DNA of 64,000 nucleotides from Octopus sinensis (Eukaryota): NCBI RefSeq assembly GCF_006345805.1, contig NC_043022.1, positions 15,128,001 to 15,192,000 of the forward strand, read 5' to 3'. Shown piece by piece: positions 37,301 to 50,454 of this stretch (position 1 is its first letter; each line of letters starts with the position of its first letter). The notes under the pieces were generated by a model. It saw only the letters and a program-made list of their open reading frames with translations, ran no database searches and was not told where the DNA came from. The position numbers and the translations under genes were made by a program.

Positions 37301-38810
37301 CCGACTGTTCGGGACGAGTGGCGGGCGAGAACGCAAGGTGGACTTCAGTGCCTACTACACAGCCTGCCACGACTCTCGACAAGAGAGGCAGGGCGCTGCG
37401 AAGGTGCCCTCACGGTGGCAGATGTGCGGAATGTGATGGCAGAATGCTGTCCCCAAAAGTTCGGGCAGAGGTGGCGAACACGTACATCGCGTCCATCATC
37501 TACTACCGCCTGACCGTTGTGCCTTGTCCCGACCCTACCATTACCAAACTAGAACGCATTCTCTCCCACTTCTTGCGGAAAAGATGCGTTCTGATGATCA
37601 GGCGATCCATTTGCTGTCAACATCCGTTAAAAAGTGGGCCGGGCATCCATGGTTGATGCGCAGACACGCACTGAGACTGCGACATCTCTGGCTCTACGTA
37701 GACAATGGTGAACAGGTGTAGTTGCCGTTTGTGAGGCTAACTTTCCCGCAGCTCATCTCCATGACCGAACTGTAGTCGTGGATCAAAAAGAGGCGAGGAA
37801 GGGAGAATGGCACCGCAAGTGTCACGTTGCTCTCAAGCAACTCTGCCGTCCTGGGTCAACCTTGAGTGACTTCAACACAACCAAAACATTCTATAGGGGA
37901 TTAGTGGAGGGGAGGTACGACGACAATCTCGGGGTGAACCTGGGCGTCGACGAGGAATACCTGACCTGCCTGTTCAAGACAACTTTTATGTTGGGACCTA
38001 TGGACAACTTCCAGAGATCCCTGGCCTGGCAGTGCTATTGAGAAGCAATACCCGTTTTGGATAAGCTCTACAGGCATGGCTCGAGAAACACAGGGCCGAC
38101 CTGTCCGAGATGTTGTCAAAGCGACGAAACCGTTCTGCACGCACTCGTGCAGTGTCCAACAATCTCCGACCTGTGGGCTTATGTCGAACGACTGCTATCG
38201 CGTGTGGGACGAGTCGGTTTATCAGCCGAGTCTATCGTCAATATCGTCATGCCTCCTTCCTTGAAACGGCAAGGAAGAGCCATTTTCATCGTACTTGTGT
38301 CTATGACGAATGAGTGTGTATGGTGGACGCGTCTGAAAGGATTAGAGACAAACACTTTCCTCTCTGGTCAATCTCTCATCAGCTTCTTCAAGTATCACTT
38401 GAAAAGGAAAGTGAGAGTAGAGAGGCAACTTTTGTCTAGCGAATGTTTCAAAAAAAGATGGGTGAATGTAGCAAAGATGGCACGTGTGAATGACGGAGCC
38501 AGCTTGAGCATAATCCTATGAACCAAAAGAAGAAAAAAAGAACGAAAGGAAAAAAAAGGGCCACTTACTGTAATGTGTTTTCTTTTTGCATGACACTATT
38601 GCCCAAGGTTCCCGTTGTCTTTTCCGTAGGCTTTTCTATCCATGGACAAACCTAATCTGTTTTCCCTTTTTACATTGCCATTTCTGTGATACACGATCCT
38701 TATTGATCGGCCCCACCTTTTTTTCCTCCTTCTTCCCCAAAAGAAAAGCCCTGCTTTGTATTTTGTCCTTTCTGTGTTCAGCCCTGCGTGGCCAATAAAG
38801 AAATCTATCT
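34380..38810 (+). mobile_element. Degenerate Tx1/L1-clade LINE with internal deletion of the RT domain and nested insertions
   Basis: ORF1 zinc knuckle CYLCGSEEHLRNDC. ORF2 APE endonuclease motifs (CVNASGL, AIRETR, GDWNA, TWTWSN, SYLDRIL) and C-terminal CPRC..ETVLHALVQC. aataaa tail near 38793; many stops and frameshifts. Second 3' fragment at 39456-39695. Confidence 0.85.
35525..35894 (-). mobile_element. SINE family A inserted in the LINE
   Basis: Full-length reverse copy. Confidence 0.85.
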
Positions 38811-39720
38811 TAAGAGTCAACAAACTAAATCCGGTTCTATTCAGTTTGAATCACAGAATTCTTACTCTTTTACTCGTTTCAGTCATTTGACCGTGGCCAT
38901 GCTGGAACACCGCTTTTAGTCGAGCAAATCGTAACTTAGCGGTTCGGCAAAAGAGACCAATAGAATAAGTACTGGGGAATTTAAAGGGAAAAATTTGACA
39001 AGTCAGTCAGTCACCGGCTGGCACTCACTGACGCTACATCGAAGAAGCCAGGGAACAGAAGAAAGAAGACATGCACCCAACACCAGAGCTGAAGACACCC
39101 CTGAAAGGAGGGGCCCCCACCACGTCAAAACGGCAGAGGAGTAGGGCCGAAACCGGACATGGTTCCTCCTGATGATGTCTTGAGCTGACTGGATCCTATA
39201 AAGGAGCTGTTGTGGTAGCAGACCACGAAACACGGTTGTAATTCCCCAATACTAATACTGTTCAGCACCAGCACTGGCAGGGGCCACTTTTTAAGTGGCA
39301 CCAGAACCCGGAAATGCAAGTCTGTATGTGTAGAAGACAGGGACTTTAAGTAGCTTGACGCATCTTATCAATTACAGCAAATCCCCACATCTCCCAGTCC
39401 CTTGTCCTCTCCTCACTGAGGCCCAGCATCCAAAGATCTCTTTTCTATCTATCAGGGCAACGAAACCGTCCTGCACACACTCGTACAGTGTCCAACCATT
39501 TCCGACCTGTGGGCCTATGTCGAACGACTGCTATCGCGTGTGGGACGATTTTTTTTCTTTCCCTTTTACGATCCCTTTTGATCGAAAACCTACCCCACCT
39601 TTTTTCTTTTTTTTTTCTTCCTTTCTCCCCATAAAGAAAAGCTCTACTTTGTAATCTGTCCCGTCTCTGTTCAGCCCTGTGTGGCTAATAAAGAAACATA
39701 TCTATCTATCTATCTCTCTC

Positions 39721-39780
<60 letters not shown>

Positions 39781-39983
39781 ACGACCCCTATTGATCCATC
39801 TTTTTTCCTTTTCCTTTTTTTATCCCCTCCCCTTTTTTGTCCTCTTTCTTTCTTTTTACGATCCCTTTTGATCAAAAACCAACCCCCTTTTTTATCCCCA
39901 AAAGAAAAGCTCTACCTTGTAATTTGTCCTGTCTGTGTGCAGCCCTGTGTGGCTAATAAAGAAGCATTATCTATGTATGTATG

Positions 39984-40024
<41 letters not shown>

Positions 40025-40581
40025 CTGTCCGTCTGACTGCCTGTCTGTCTGTTTCTCTGTGCGTGTATATATATATATATATTATATATATATATATATC
40101 TCACGTAGCAGTTCTGCAAAAGAGGCTGGCAGAATAAGCACCATCCTTTACAAAAACGAGTTCTGGTGTCTGTTTGGCTAGAGTTCTACAGACGAACACC
40201 CCGACGCTAAAGACACTACTAATACAAACATACATTTCAAGGGAGGTGACTCTGTATTTCAATATTATATACGAGTTATTCCCCTTAAGTTTTTTTGTTT
40301 TTTTTCCTCTTAAAACTTTTTCCCAAAGAATCGGCTTTCATATCTTTTTGATCTTTTCCGTTTGGCTGTACTTTCTGAAGATGTAATTTTTCACGCTTAA
40401 TTTCAGGGCCTGATTCACTTGCTCTTGAAAACATTTTTTTTTTTTTTAAATAAAGTTACAAAGGTTTAAATTTTAATCATTTTAACCCAAAGCAGGATTT
40501 TGGAAGCTGTCATTTTGCGCGTGACTGCAATTATAAGATGACAAAACAATAACATCACCATTGCGATGATGGCACGTATTT

Positions 40582-40945
40582 AAATAATAATAATGAAATT
40601 ATTGTATACAGTGCTCAGGTGCACCACAACTTGTCAAAAGTGCATATAAAGTACATGCAGTAATGTACAAATGTCTGGAAAGCGAACAATGTATGAGTCA
40701 GATACATGCTTGTGTGTGTAAGGAGGGGAGAAAATCAGGTGTAGTGTTGGCGAATCTCAGGAAGCATGGAAGTCTTGAAGGATGCAGTGCTCCGACAACT
40801 AACAACCGATGCCGGCAGTTTGTTCCACGCTTCAGCAACTCTCAGCGTGAAAAAAATGTTTCCTGAAGTCATGGAAGGATCTGTGCTGTTTTCTTACTTT
40901 GTAAATATGTCCACGGGTGTTAGATGGGTGGAGTTTGAAGAGGTT
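40582..40945 (-). mobile_element. CR1/L2 LINE 3' end
   Basis: Minus strand reads TRGHIYKV..FF.LRVAEAWNKLPASVV; (tta)n tail. Confidence 0.75.
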
Positions 40946-41178
40946 TATTTAAAAGCATTTAACAAGCAAAAATGACCCAAATAAAAACGAGTAAACAACA
41001 CATATTTTGTAGTTTAAAGCATTCAATATGCATTTAATGGTTACAAAAAGGAGATAACATATTTTGCCTGCCATGTGCCCCAATTTCAGGATCTGCTAAA
41101 AACAGCCCCACTGCCGGTTGTTCGTTGTATCGAAAGTGAATTGCTTATGTACATTGCATTTGCAGAGGTGTTTAACAA

Positions 41179-41572
41179 TCTATATATATAAAACTGAAGT
41201 TGTCTGTGTATGGCAGGTTTGGTAGCCTTCAACTAACGCTATCTCCTCCGAGACCCTGCAGCACAAGTTGACCAAAGTTGAGAGTATGATAGAAGAAGGC
41301 TTGCTCTTCCTTCCTTAGAAGATAAAATTCAAATCGGACCATGTTAAGACCAAAAATTATTTACATCAAAAAGGTGCTTATTTTTTTCTATGAAAATCCG
41401 TATTTTTTACGATTTTTTGACTGCTGTGTCGCCATTTTTCGGTGTATTTCAACCAGAAAAAATGTTCACTTAAAGAGAATAACAAGCTACATAATGGAAA
41501 ATTTTTACTTTTCAAAAATTCCAATTCTAAAGGGTCGAAACAGACCTGAGCAACGCCGGGCGATACTGCTAA
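41179..41572 (+). mobile_element. Non-autonomous Helitron
   Basis: A|TC start; 3' cctgagcaacgccgggcgatactgCTAA. Confidence 0.65.
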
Positions 41573-41671
41573 TATACATATATATATAGTAGAGTATTGT
41601 AGTTTGCTTGAAGCATTGTGTATTCTTTGTAAAATATAATGTCTTGTGCCATTCAAAGCACATTATATATA

Positions 41672-41735
<64 letters not shown>

Positions 41736-41803
41736 GTCTGTATACATGTATGTATATATATGTGTGTATGTAGTGTAATGGATGTCACCAGTACGTATTG
41801 TCT

Positions 41804-41882
41804 TCAGTACTTCCGACCTTTGATAAAACGCATGACTTTGGCTTTTTCTTTGTTGAAATCGTGTTCCACGCATAAGAATAAT
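41804..41882 (-). CDS. Group III secreted phospholipase A2, last coding exon
   Basis: Polypyrimidine tract then cag|; phase 2 fits the previous exon; encodes (I)LFLCVEHDFNKEKAKVMRFIKGRKY*, ending in RKY like bee venom PLA2. Confidence 0.85.
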
Positions 41883-42008
41883 CTGTCGAAGCATGTGGAA
41901 AGAAAAAGAGAAAGAAAAGCATAAGGGGCAACAGATTGTAATAAATAATAATTAAATTAATTAATTATGCATTATCATAATTTCATAAAAGTAGATTATT
42001 CCATTTCG

Positions 42009-42207
42009 TACTCTTTTTACTCTTTTACTTGTTTCAGTCATTTGACTGCGGCCATGCTGGAGCACCGCCATTAGTCGAGCAAATCGACCCCCAGGACCTA
42101 TTCTTTGTAAGCCTAGTACTTATTCTATCGGTCTCTTTTGCCGAACCGCTAAGTTACGGGGTCGTAAACACACCAGCATCGGTTGTCAAGTGATGTTGGG
42201 GGGACAA

Positions 42208-42252
<45 letters not shown>

Positions 42253-42664
42253 CACATACATACATAAAGACTCCGCCGGTTACGACGACGAGGGTCCCAC
42301 CTGATACGATCAACGGAACAGCTTGCTCGTGAAATTAACGTGCAAATGGCTGAGCATTCCACAGACACGTGTACCCTTAACGTAGTTCTCGGGGATATTC
42401 AGCGTGACACAGAGAGTGACAAGGCTGACCCTTTGAAATACAAGTACAACTCATTTTTGCCAGCTGAGTGGACTGGAGCAACGTGAAATAAAGTGTCTTG
42501 CTCAAGGACACAACGCGTCGCCGGGAATCGAACTCACAACCTTACGATCGTGAGCCGAATGCCCAAACCAATAAGCCACGCGCCTTCACACATACATACA
42601 TATATACATACATATATACGACGGGCTTGTTTCAGTTTCCGTCTACCAAATCCACTCACAAGGC
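42009..42664 (-). mobile_element. SINE A with nested SINE family C (42271-42587) in a PLA2 intron
   Basis: Family C body cggttacgacgacgagggt..gaaattaacgtg also occurs at 45210-45578, with a tRNA-like head ggaggcgcaatggcccagtggttagggc. Confidence 0.75.
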
Positions 42665-42858
42665 TTAATTGTTGTTTTTTTTTCTCTTCTTTTTATCCCG
42701 GAAATGTCTGTGATCGGGGAATATCCAGCGATGATTACTATCCCTTGTTCCGACGCTGGTGTGGCTGTGAGGTAAAAAGTTCGTTTCCCAGTCACATGGT
42801 TCCGGGGTCCTTTTGGTAGAAAGAAATTCAAAAGAGGCCATCGTGTGTGTGTTTATAT

Positions 42859-42894
<36 letters not shown>

Positions 42895-43521
42895 GTTTAA
42901 CGTCCGCTTTCCCTCCTGACAAGTGCTGGACGGTTTGACTGAGAACTGGCAAGTCGGGGAGCTGCACCAAGTTCCGATCTGGTTTGGCAAGGTTTCTACT
43001 GCTGGATACCCTTCCAAATGCCCACCACTTCAAGAATGTAGTGGGTGTTTTTTTCAGATGCCACCAGAATGGGTGCCATTAACCAGTCACCGGTACCAGT
43101 CACAACTGCGGTCTCACTTGGTTTGACAGATCTACACAAGCATTTCCGGTGACTCCACCAACTCACGAACGACACCTTTCGACTTCCTGCGATTTCTCAT
43201 TCTCTCGCCGTCTCAGTCAAACACGCTGCTACTTATACGAGTTCGGCTAGTCCATTCTCACAGGGAGGGGTGTCATGGTCCTCGCCATAACATATATCAT
43301 TCCTAATAATACTTAATTACAAAAATATATGATTTTTTAAAAAGCATCGGATGGTTTTGAGGGATCCATAGGGGAAAAATGTTGAGAAACACTGATCTAG
43401 GTTTTCGCTTTACTTCAGTTAACGAAAAAAGGTGAATGCAATGAAAGCTGGGGGAGTTGCAGAGAAAGAACGAGAGACGAAGAGCGGAGAAACATGAAAG
43501 ATAGATGAGACTTGCTAATAA

Positions 43522-43925
43522 TGGCGCAGTAGTGGCTGTGTGGTAAGTAGCTTGCTAACCAACCACATGGTTCCGGGTTCAGTCCCACTGCGTGGCACCT
43601 TGGGCAAGTGTCTTCTGCTATAGCCCCGGGCCGACCAATGCCTTGTGAGTGGATTTGGTAGACGGAAACTGAAAGAAGCCTGTCGTATATATGTATATAT
43701 ATGTGTATGTGTGTGTGTGTGTTCGTGTGTCTGTGTTTGTCTCCCTAGCATTGCTTGACAAACGATGCTGGTGTGTTTAAGTCCCCGTCACTTAGCGGTT
43801 CGGCAAAAGAGACCGATAGAATAAGTACTGGGCTTACAAAGAATTAAGTCCCAGGGTCGATTTACTCGACTAAAGGCGGTGCTCCAGCATGGCCGCAGTC
43901 AAATGACTGAAACAAGTAAAAGAGT
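43522..43925 (+). mobile_element. SINE family A
   Basis: Full-length copy in a PLA2 intron. Confidence 0.85.
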
Positions 43926-44118
43926 AATGTAATGAAAATGAAGAAGAAATAAGATAAAGTGTAACAAAATAGGAATAAGGAACGAAAAACAAGGACGGAG
44001 GGGGGGAAAAGGAATGGCGGCTGGGAAGGGAAAAATGAAGAAAAGAAAGAAATTCTTGCAAGCAATGTGACGGAGAAAGAAAAAAATGAAAGGTCGCAAT
44101 GGAAATGAAATGACGTAC

Positions 44119-44265
44119 ATTTTACGAACGCAGCGGTCAGGGTATTGGCTTGTGAAACATTCTCGTCCAAGCATGTTGAAGAAAATATAACCAATGGTGT
44201 CGGCTGCTGCATCGGTGCTGTTCTTTAGGCAGTCGTAGAACCGGTTGTCACAGTTACAGGAACAT
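44119..44265 (-). CDS. Group III sPLA2 internal exon
   Basis: cag|...|gtacgt; encodes (K)CSCNCDNRFYDCLKNSTDAAADTIGYIFFNMLGRECFTSQYPDRCVRK. Confidence 0.92.
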
Positions 44266-45209
44266 CTGTGGTGAAGAAGTGGCACAGAACAACGACAACG
44301 ACAATAATAATGATTTCAAGTTTTCGCGCTATAGTAGAAGACACTTGCCCAGGGTGCCACACAGTGGGACTGAACCCAGTACCATGTGGTTGGGAAGCAA
44401 GCTTCTTGCCACATTTCGTGTGTGTGTGTTCCCTGCCACCGTTTAATTACAAGTGTTGATTAGCGGTTCGGCAAAAAAGACCGATAGAACATGGTACCGG
44501 ACTTAAAATAATAAATGCTAAACCCTTCAAGGCAGACGTGCTCCAGTATGGCTACAGTCCAGTGACTGAAACATGTAAATGAATGGATGGATGGATCTGC
44601 ATATCTGCGTGTATATTAAGAACAAACTTACTTAGAAATGGATGCGTGCGTTCTGTCGTGTAATAACAAATTATATACACATACATATACACGCAGATAT
44701 GCAGATCCATCCATCCACTCACATTGTAAAAGTAATTTATACGTGTGGGTGTGTGCGTGCGTATTTAAGAGTGTGTGTATGTATGTGTGTCTGTCATTAT
44801 TCAATTTTATTTCAGACATGCTCAGATATATTTAAATGATAAACTTCTGGTAAGTTTTACAGATTTTTACAGTTCCACTGATGGATTGGATCTGTAGTCT
44901 TCGAATCAGCTTTCTCCTTTCTGGTTTTGAGAAGCTTAATATCTCAAGATTGGTATTTAGGCATTGTGTTACATATCCCAGTTTCCCAATAATTACAGGT
45001 ATAAACCTCACTTGTAATCCGAGTAGAGTGACTGTAAATTTCTCAATAGTTCAGCACAGGTGTTTTCATTTTCGCTGTTCCTTAGTTTCCTGATTTCCAA
45101 AACTCTTCACAGTTTCTCTTTCCGGTCCCATATCCCAATGTCAGGTCTATTATGCTTACAGCCATTATTTTAGGTATGTGTGTGTTGTGTGATAAATTGG
45201 AAGCACTTC

Positions 45210-45809
45210 GTCGGTTACGACGACGAGGGTTCCGGTTGATCCGATCTACGGAACAGCCTGCTCGTGAAATTAACGTGTAAGTGGCTGAGCACTCCACAGA
45301 CACGTGTACCCTTAACGTAGTTCTCGGGGATATTCAGCGTGACACAGAGAGTGAAAAGGCCGGCCCTTTGAAATACAGGTACAACAGAAACAGGAAGTAA
45401 GAGTGAGAGAAAGTTGTGGTGAAAGAGTACAGCAGGGATCACCACCATCCCCTGCCGGAGCCTCGTGGAGCTTTTAGGTGTTTTTCGCTCAATAAACACA
45501 ACACCCGGTCTGGGAATCGAAACCGCGATCCTAACGACCGCGAGTCCGCTGCCCTAACCACTGGGCCATTGCGCCTCCACTGTGTGATAAATAGATACTC
45601 TTTTACTCTTTTACTTCTTTCAGTCATTTGACTGCGGCCATGCTGGAGCTCCGCCTTTAATCGAGCAACTCGACCCCGGGACTTATTCTTTTGTAAGCCC
45701 AGTACTTATCTATCGGTCTCTTTTGCCGAACCGCTAAGTAACGGGGACGTAAACACACCAGCATCGGTTGTCAAGCAATGCTAGGGGGACAACACAACAC
45801 GCACAAACA

Positions 45810-45858
<49 letters not shown>

Positions 45859-46018
45859 CGGGCTTCTTTCAGTTTCCGTCTACCAAATCCACTCACAAGG
45901 CTTTGGTCGGCCCGAGGCTATAGTAGAAGACACTTGCCCAAGGTGCCGCGCAGTGGGACTGAACCCGGAACCATGTGGTTGGTTAGCAAGCTACTTACCA
46001 CACAGCCACTCCTGCGCC
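45210..46018 (-). mobile_element. SINE C (45210-45578) and SINE A (45596-46018)
   Basis: tRNA-like heads and conserved bodies. Confidence 0.8.
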
Positions 46019-46134
46019 TATACATAGCAAGAAGAAGAAAAAAAAAACTGGCTGAAGAGAAAAACAAACGTATAAAAGAATACAAGCTTAGATAATAAAA
46101 GAACGACATCATCCAAGATGACGTCACGGCTTAC

Positions 46135-46294
46135 TTGGTGAAAATTGACCAATTGAAAAGGCCGTAGCGACGTGTAAACGGTAAGATGTATTCAACGCAG
46201 TGGTCATGGGATCGGCAGCATTTGTCTGTCTCTTCATTATTTCCCAAGTCGTCGTAATTTCGCGAGATGTTACCATCGCCGCACCACTTGGTTC
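46135..46294 (-). CDS. Group III sPLA2 catalytic exon
   Basis: cag|...|gtaag; encodes (G)TKWCGDGN...TDKCCRSHDHC...FT, with the Ca-binding loop WCGxG and the catalytic HD. Confidence 0.95.
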
Positions 46295-46406
46295 CTGCGT
46301 GGTATTAAAATAAACTATTATTCGAACACCGGAGTCCACATGTAGACCACTTACCCCCTCCCCCGAAATTGCTGGCCATGTGCCAAAATTTGAAACCATT
46401 ATTATT

Positions 46407-46468
<62 letters not shown>

Positions 46469-46672
46469 GAAATATAAATATACACACATGTACACATCTG
46501 TATGTATTCATACATTCATATTAACCCCCACCGCTACACAGATATATTCTTCTACTCTTTTACTTCTTTCAGTCGATCACCGCATACATACATACATCCA
46601 TACATATACATACATACATACATACATACATACATACATACATACATACATACATAATATATATATATATAT

Positions 46673-47790
46673 ATAACGGGAAGCTTTATGAAAATAGACA
46701 AAAGACGAAGGCAGGTTTACGGAAATAAACAAAAGACGAAGGCAGGTGGAATACAAACAAACAATTGTATTAGTATGACGCTCAGGAAATATAAATAAAA
46801 CAAGTCTTTAACGTTTCGAGCCTACGCTCTTCAACAGAAGAGACACAGAGAAAAAAAAAAAACACAGAAAGAAGGAGAGAAAAAAATATGCGTAAGTTCA
46901 AGGTTGAGAGTTCAAGGTTAGAAATGTATAGACGTCGTGGTATATTTTTTAAGGATTTCACATCAATAACAAAGTCACTTTGATCCTTGAAAGAGAGGTG
47001 CAGCCAATGGTAAGTATCCAAGGGGTAAAGAAAATCCAATGTAGAGGTAAGAGTTGATAGTGGTGTTGGTAGAATATAGGATGAAAGTGAGACCACGTGA
47101 GCGCGTAATATATAACGGTAAGCTTTATGAAAATAGACAAAAGACGAAGGCAGGTTTACGGAAATAAACAAAAGACGAAGGCAGGTGGAATACAAACAAA
47201 CAATTGTATTAGTATGACGCTCAGGAAATATAAATAAAACAAGTCTTTAACGTTTCGAGCCTACGCTCTTCAACAGAAAGATACACAGAGAAAAAAAAAA
47301 AACACAGAAAGAAGGAGAGAAAAAAATATGCGTAAGTTCAAGGTTGAGAGTTCAAGGTTAGAAATGTATAGACGTCGTGGTATATTTTTTAAGGATTTCA
47401 CATCAATAACAAAGTCACTTTGATCCTTGAAAGAGAGGTGCAGCCAATGGTAAGTATCCAAGGGGTAAAGAAAATCCAATGTAGAGGTAAGAGTTGATAG
47501 TGGTGTTGGTAGAATAAGGATGAAAGTGAGACCACGTGAGCGCGTAATATACGGTAAGCTTTATGAAAATAGACAAAAGACGAAGGCAGGTTTACGGAAA
47601 TAAACAAAAGACGAAGGCAGGTGGAATACAACAAACAATTGTATTAGTATGACGCTCGGAAATATAAATAAAACAAGTCTTTAACGTTTCGAGCCTACGC
47701 TCTTCAACGAAGAATACACAGAGAAGAAACAGAAAGAAGGAGAGAAAAAAATGCGTGCAAGAGGCTAGCGAATCAACATGGCGATCTGAT
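46673..47790. repeat. About 440-bp tandem duplication (2.5 copies) of a Penelope-like end in a PLA2 intron
   Basis: Units start near 46673, 47113 and 47550 and are near-identical. Confidence 0.9.
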
Positions 47791-48214
47791 TTCGGCCAGA
47801 AGTCAAAGATCAAACGTGAGACGCAAGAGCGAAATTAGGGGAGATGATAGGGTTAAATGACCTCGCTCCAACATAAGAGTGTGTATGTGTGTATGAGAGA
47901 GTATTATATATATATATATATACGACAAGCTTTGGTCGGCCCAAGGCTATAATAGAAGACATTTGCCCAAGGTGCCACGCAGTGGGACTGAACCCGAAAC
48001 CATGTAGTTCGTAAGCAAGCTACTAACCACACATTTTAATGAAATTTTGGTAAATATATCCGTTAAAATGGGAAGTCATTGTTATTTTCATTTTTGCCTA
48101 ATTTAGACGACAATTTATCACCGTAACCCTGTATATGCTTATGAGCATGCAGATGTTCATTTAGTTGTTTGATGTACGATTCCAACTACTTTTCACTAAA
48201 TATCGACGTGTCTC

Positions 48215-48634
48215 GGATCTTTTCGGTTTGAACGGCAGTTTTTCACATAATTTCCACGTAACTAAACACTTTTAAACTTCGTATACTGGTAGAATGTGTT
48301 TATAAAACATCTTTTTCTCTTGGCTTTATTGAGAAAATTCTGTAGTTTGTAATATTTTTTTTTTTTTTTCTTCAATTTCTGCAATTCAACCAATCACTGA
48401 CGTCTATTGAGGTAAAAAAAACATTCTGTGCCGTATGAATATGTCCCTCGTTTAAGAAACAGATTGGGTTTATTTACATTTGTGAAGAAAAAAAAAAGGA
48501 TACCCTTCCCCCACCCCTATCCCTAACCCTAAAATAGATTGAAATGCAATAGATCGATACTAGGGTCATAATTGTGGGTGACAATTTCATATGACACCGC
48601 TAGAAAAAAACTGCCGTTCAAACCGAAAAACTCC
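48215..48634. mobile_element. MITE related to 6472-6845, with imperfect 8-bp TSD cgtgtct(c/g)
   Basis: TIR ggatcttttcggtttgaacggcagtttt / aaaactgccgttcaaaccgaaaaactcc. Confidence 0.8.
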
Positions 48635-48697
48635 CGTGTCTGTATATGCTGGTAGGTGTGGTGGTGGTGGGGTGGGATAGTGACTGACAATTTTTAC

Positions 48698-48849
48698 CTG
48701 GAAACATGGGTATGATGCCTCGTTTTCTTCTGATTTGCACGATCCTGTCAGCGGTGTCGTTCGTCCTGCGATGACATTCGGACACCATTTTGTCCAACAC
48801 GGCTTCCTCGACGTAATACGGTTTTCTCATCACTGTGTGAGGCAGATCG
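48698..48849 (-). CDS. Group III sPLA2 propeptide exon (upstream exons not identified)
   Basis: tttgcag|...|gtaaaa; encodes DLPHTVMRKPYYVEEAVLDKMVSEC...IRRKR/GIIPMFP(G); phase 1 joins the catalytic exon to give PGTKWCG. Confidence 0.88.
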
Positions 48850-49168
48850 CTGCAAAGATTATATATATGTTCGAGTTTAAGTCGAAAATTACACGCTTTC
48901 TGGTTCCCGTCATTTAATGGAACATAAACAGGGTTTGGACAATTATTATCTTTTAGATCTTACTTGTTTCACTTATTTGACTGTGGCCATGCTGCAGCAA
49001 CCACTTTGAAGGGTTTTAGACAAACAAGTCGAGCCTCGGACTCAATTTTTTTTATAGCTTCGTGCTTATTCTATCGATGGCTTTTGCCGAACTACAAACT
49101 TACAGTGACGTAAACACACCAAAGTTGTCAAGCGGTGGGGACAAACACAGACACAAAGACACACACTC

Positions 49169-49234
<66 letters not shown>

Positions 49235-49523
49235 TATATAATGAGATAGGGGTTGAAAATTCAACCCACCATGGGATAATATATATCCATAGATGGAAAC
49301 TAAGAAAAGCCCATTGTGCATGTGTGTGTCATCATCATCGTGTGTATATATATATATATTATATTATATTAATTAGAGACAAAACCACTATTAGGCAAAT
49401 CAAACAATATATATATAATGCCTTTACTCATATGTAATGGTGTATTAAAGTATTGATTGGGTATCATCGGATAGTTGATGTTTTATTGATTTAAGTATGT
49501 TTCTCCATTCTCTAATTTTGTAG

Positions 49524-49559
<36 letters not shown>

Positions 49560-49831
49560 ATATATAATAATATATATATATATATATAATATTAATTAGA
49601 GAAAAAACCACTATATTTGCAAAACAAACAAGGAAAGACTTAATCAATACATAAAATTTTACTTTATTTTTTAATTTATATAAAATTTTATGTATGAGTA
49701 AGTCTTGCCTGTTTGGTTTTAAAATAGTGGTTGTGTCTCTAATTAATATTATATAATATTTTACTATAAAAAATGGATTTAATCCTAAATCTGATTTTTT
49801 TCCCTGTAAATTGGATTTATTCCCTAATATT

Positions 49832-49885
<54 letters not shown>

Positions 49886-50048
49886 TATGTATGTATATAT
49901 ATATGTATATATATATATATATGATGTATGTATATATATATGTATATATGTTATATATATATTGTATATATATATGTTATATATATGTATATATATTAGG
50001 TATGTATATAATATGTATATATATATATATGTTGGGTATTATATTATG

Positions 50049-50097
<49 letters not shown>

Positions 50098-50291
50098 GTA
50101 TATATATATGTATATATATATGTATATATATATATATGTATATATATATATGTATATGTATATATGTATATATATATATGTATATAATGTATATGTATCA
50201 TATATGTCTATGTATATATATATATGTATATATATATATGTATATATGTATATATTTATGTATATATATATATGATATGTATATATATATG

Positions 50292-50323
<32 letters not shown>

Positions 50324-50333
50324 ATATATATAG

Positions 50334-50367
<34 letters not shown>

Positions 50368-50407
50368 GTATATATATATGTATATATATATATAGTATAT
50401 ATATATG

Positions 50408-50454
<47 letters not shown>

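Noticed and set aside
33084-48849. Functional linkage between the caspase cluster and the PLA2 gene
   Set aside because: Only proximity supports it; there are no shared motifs, and eukaryotic adjacency alone is not evidence.
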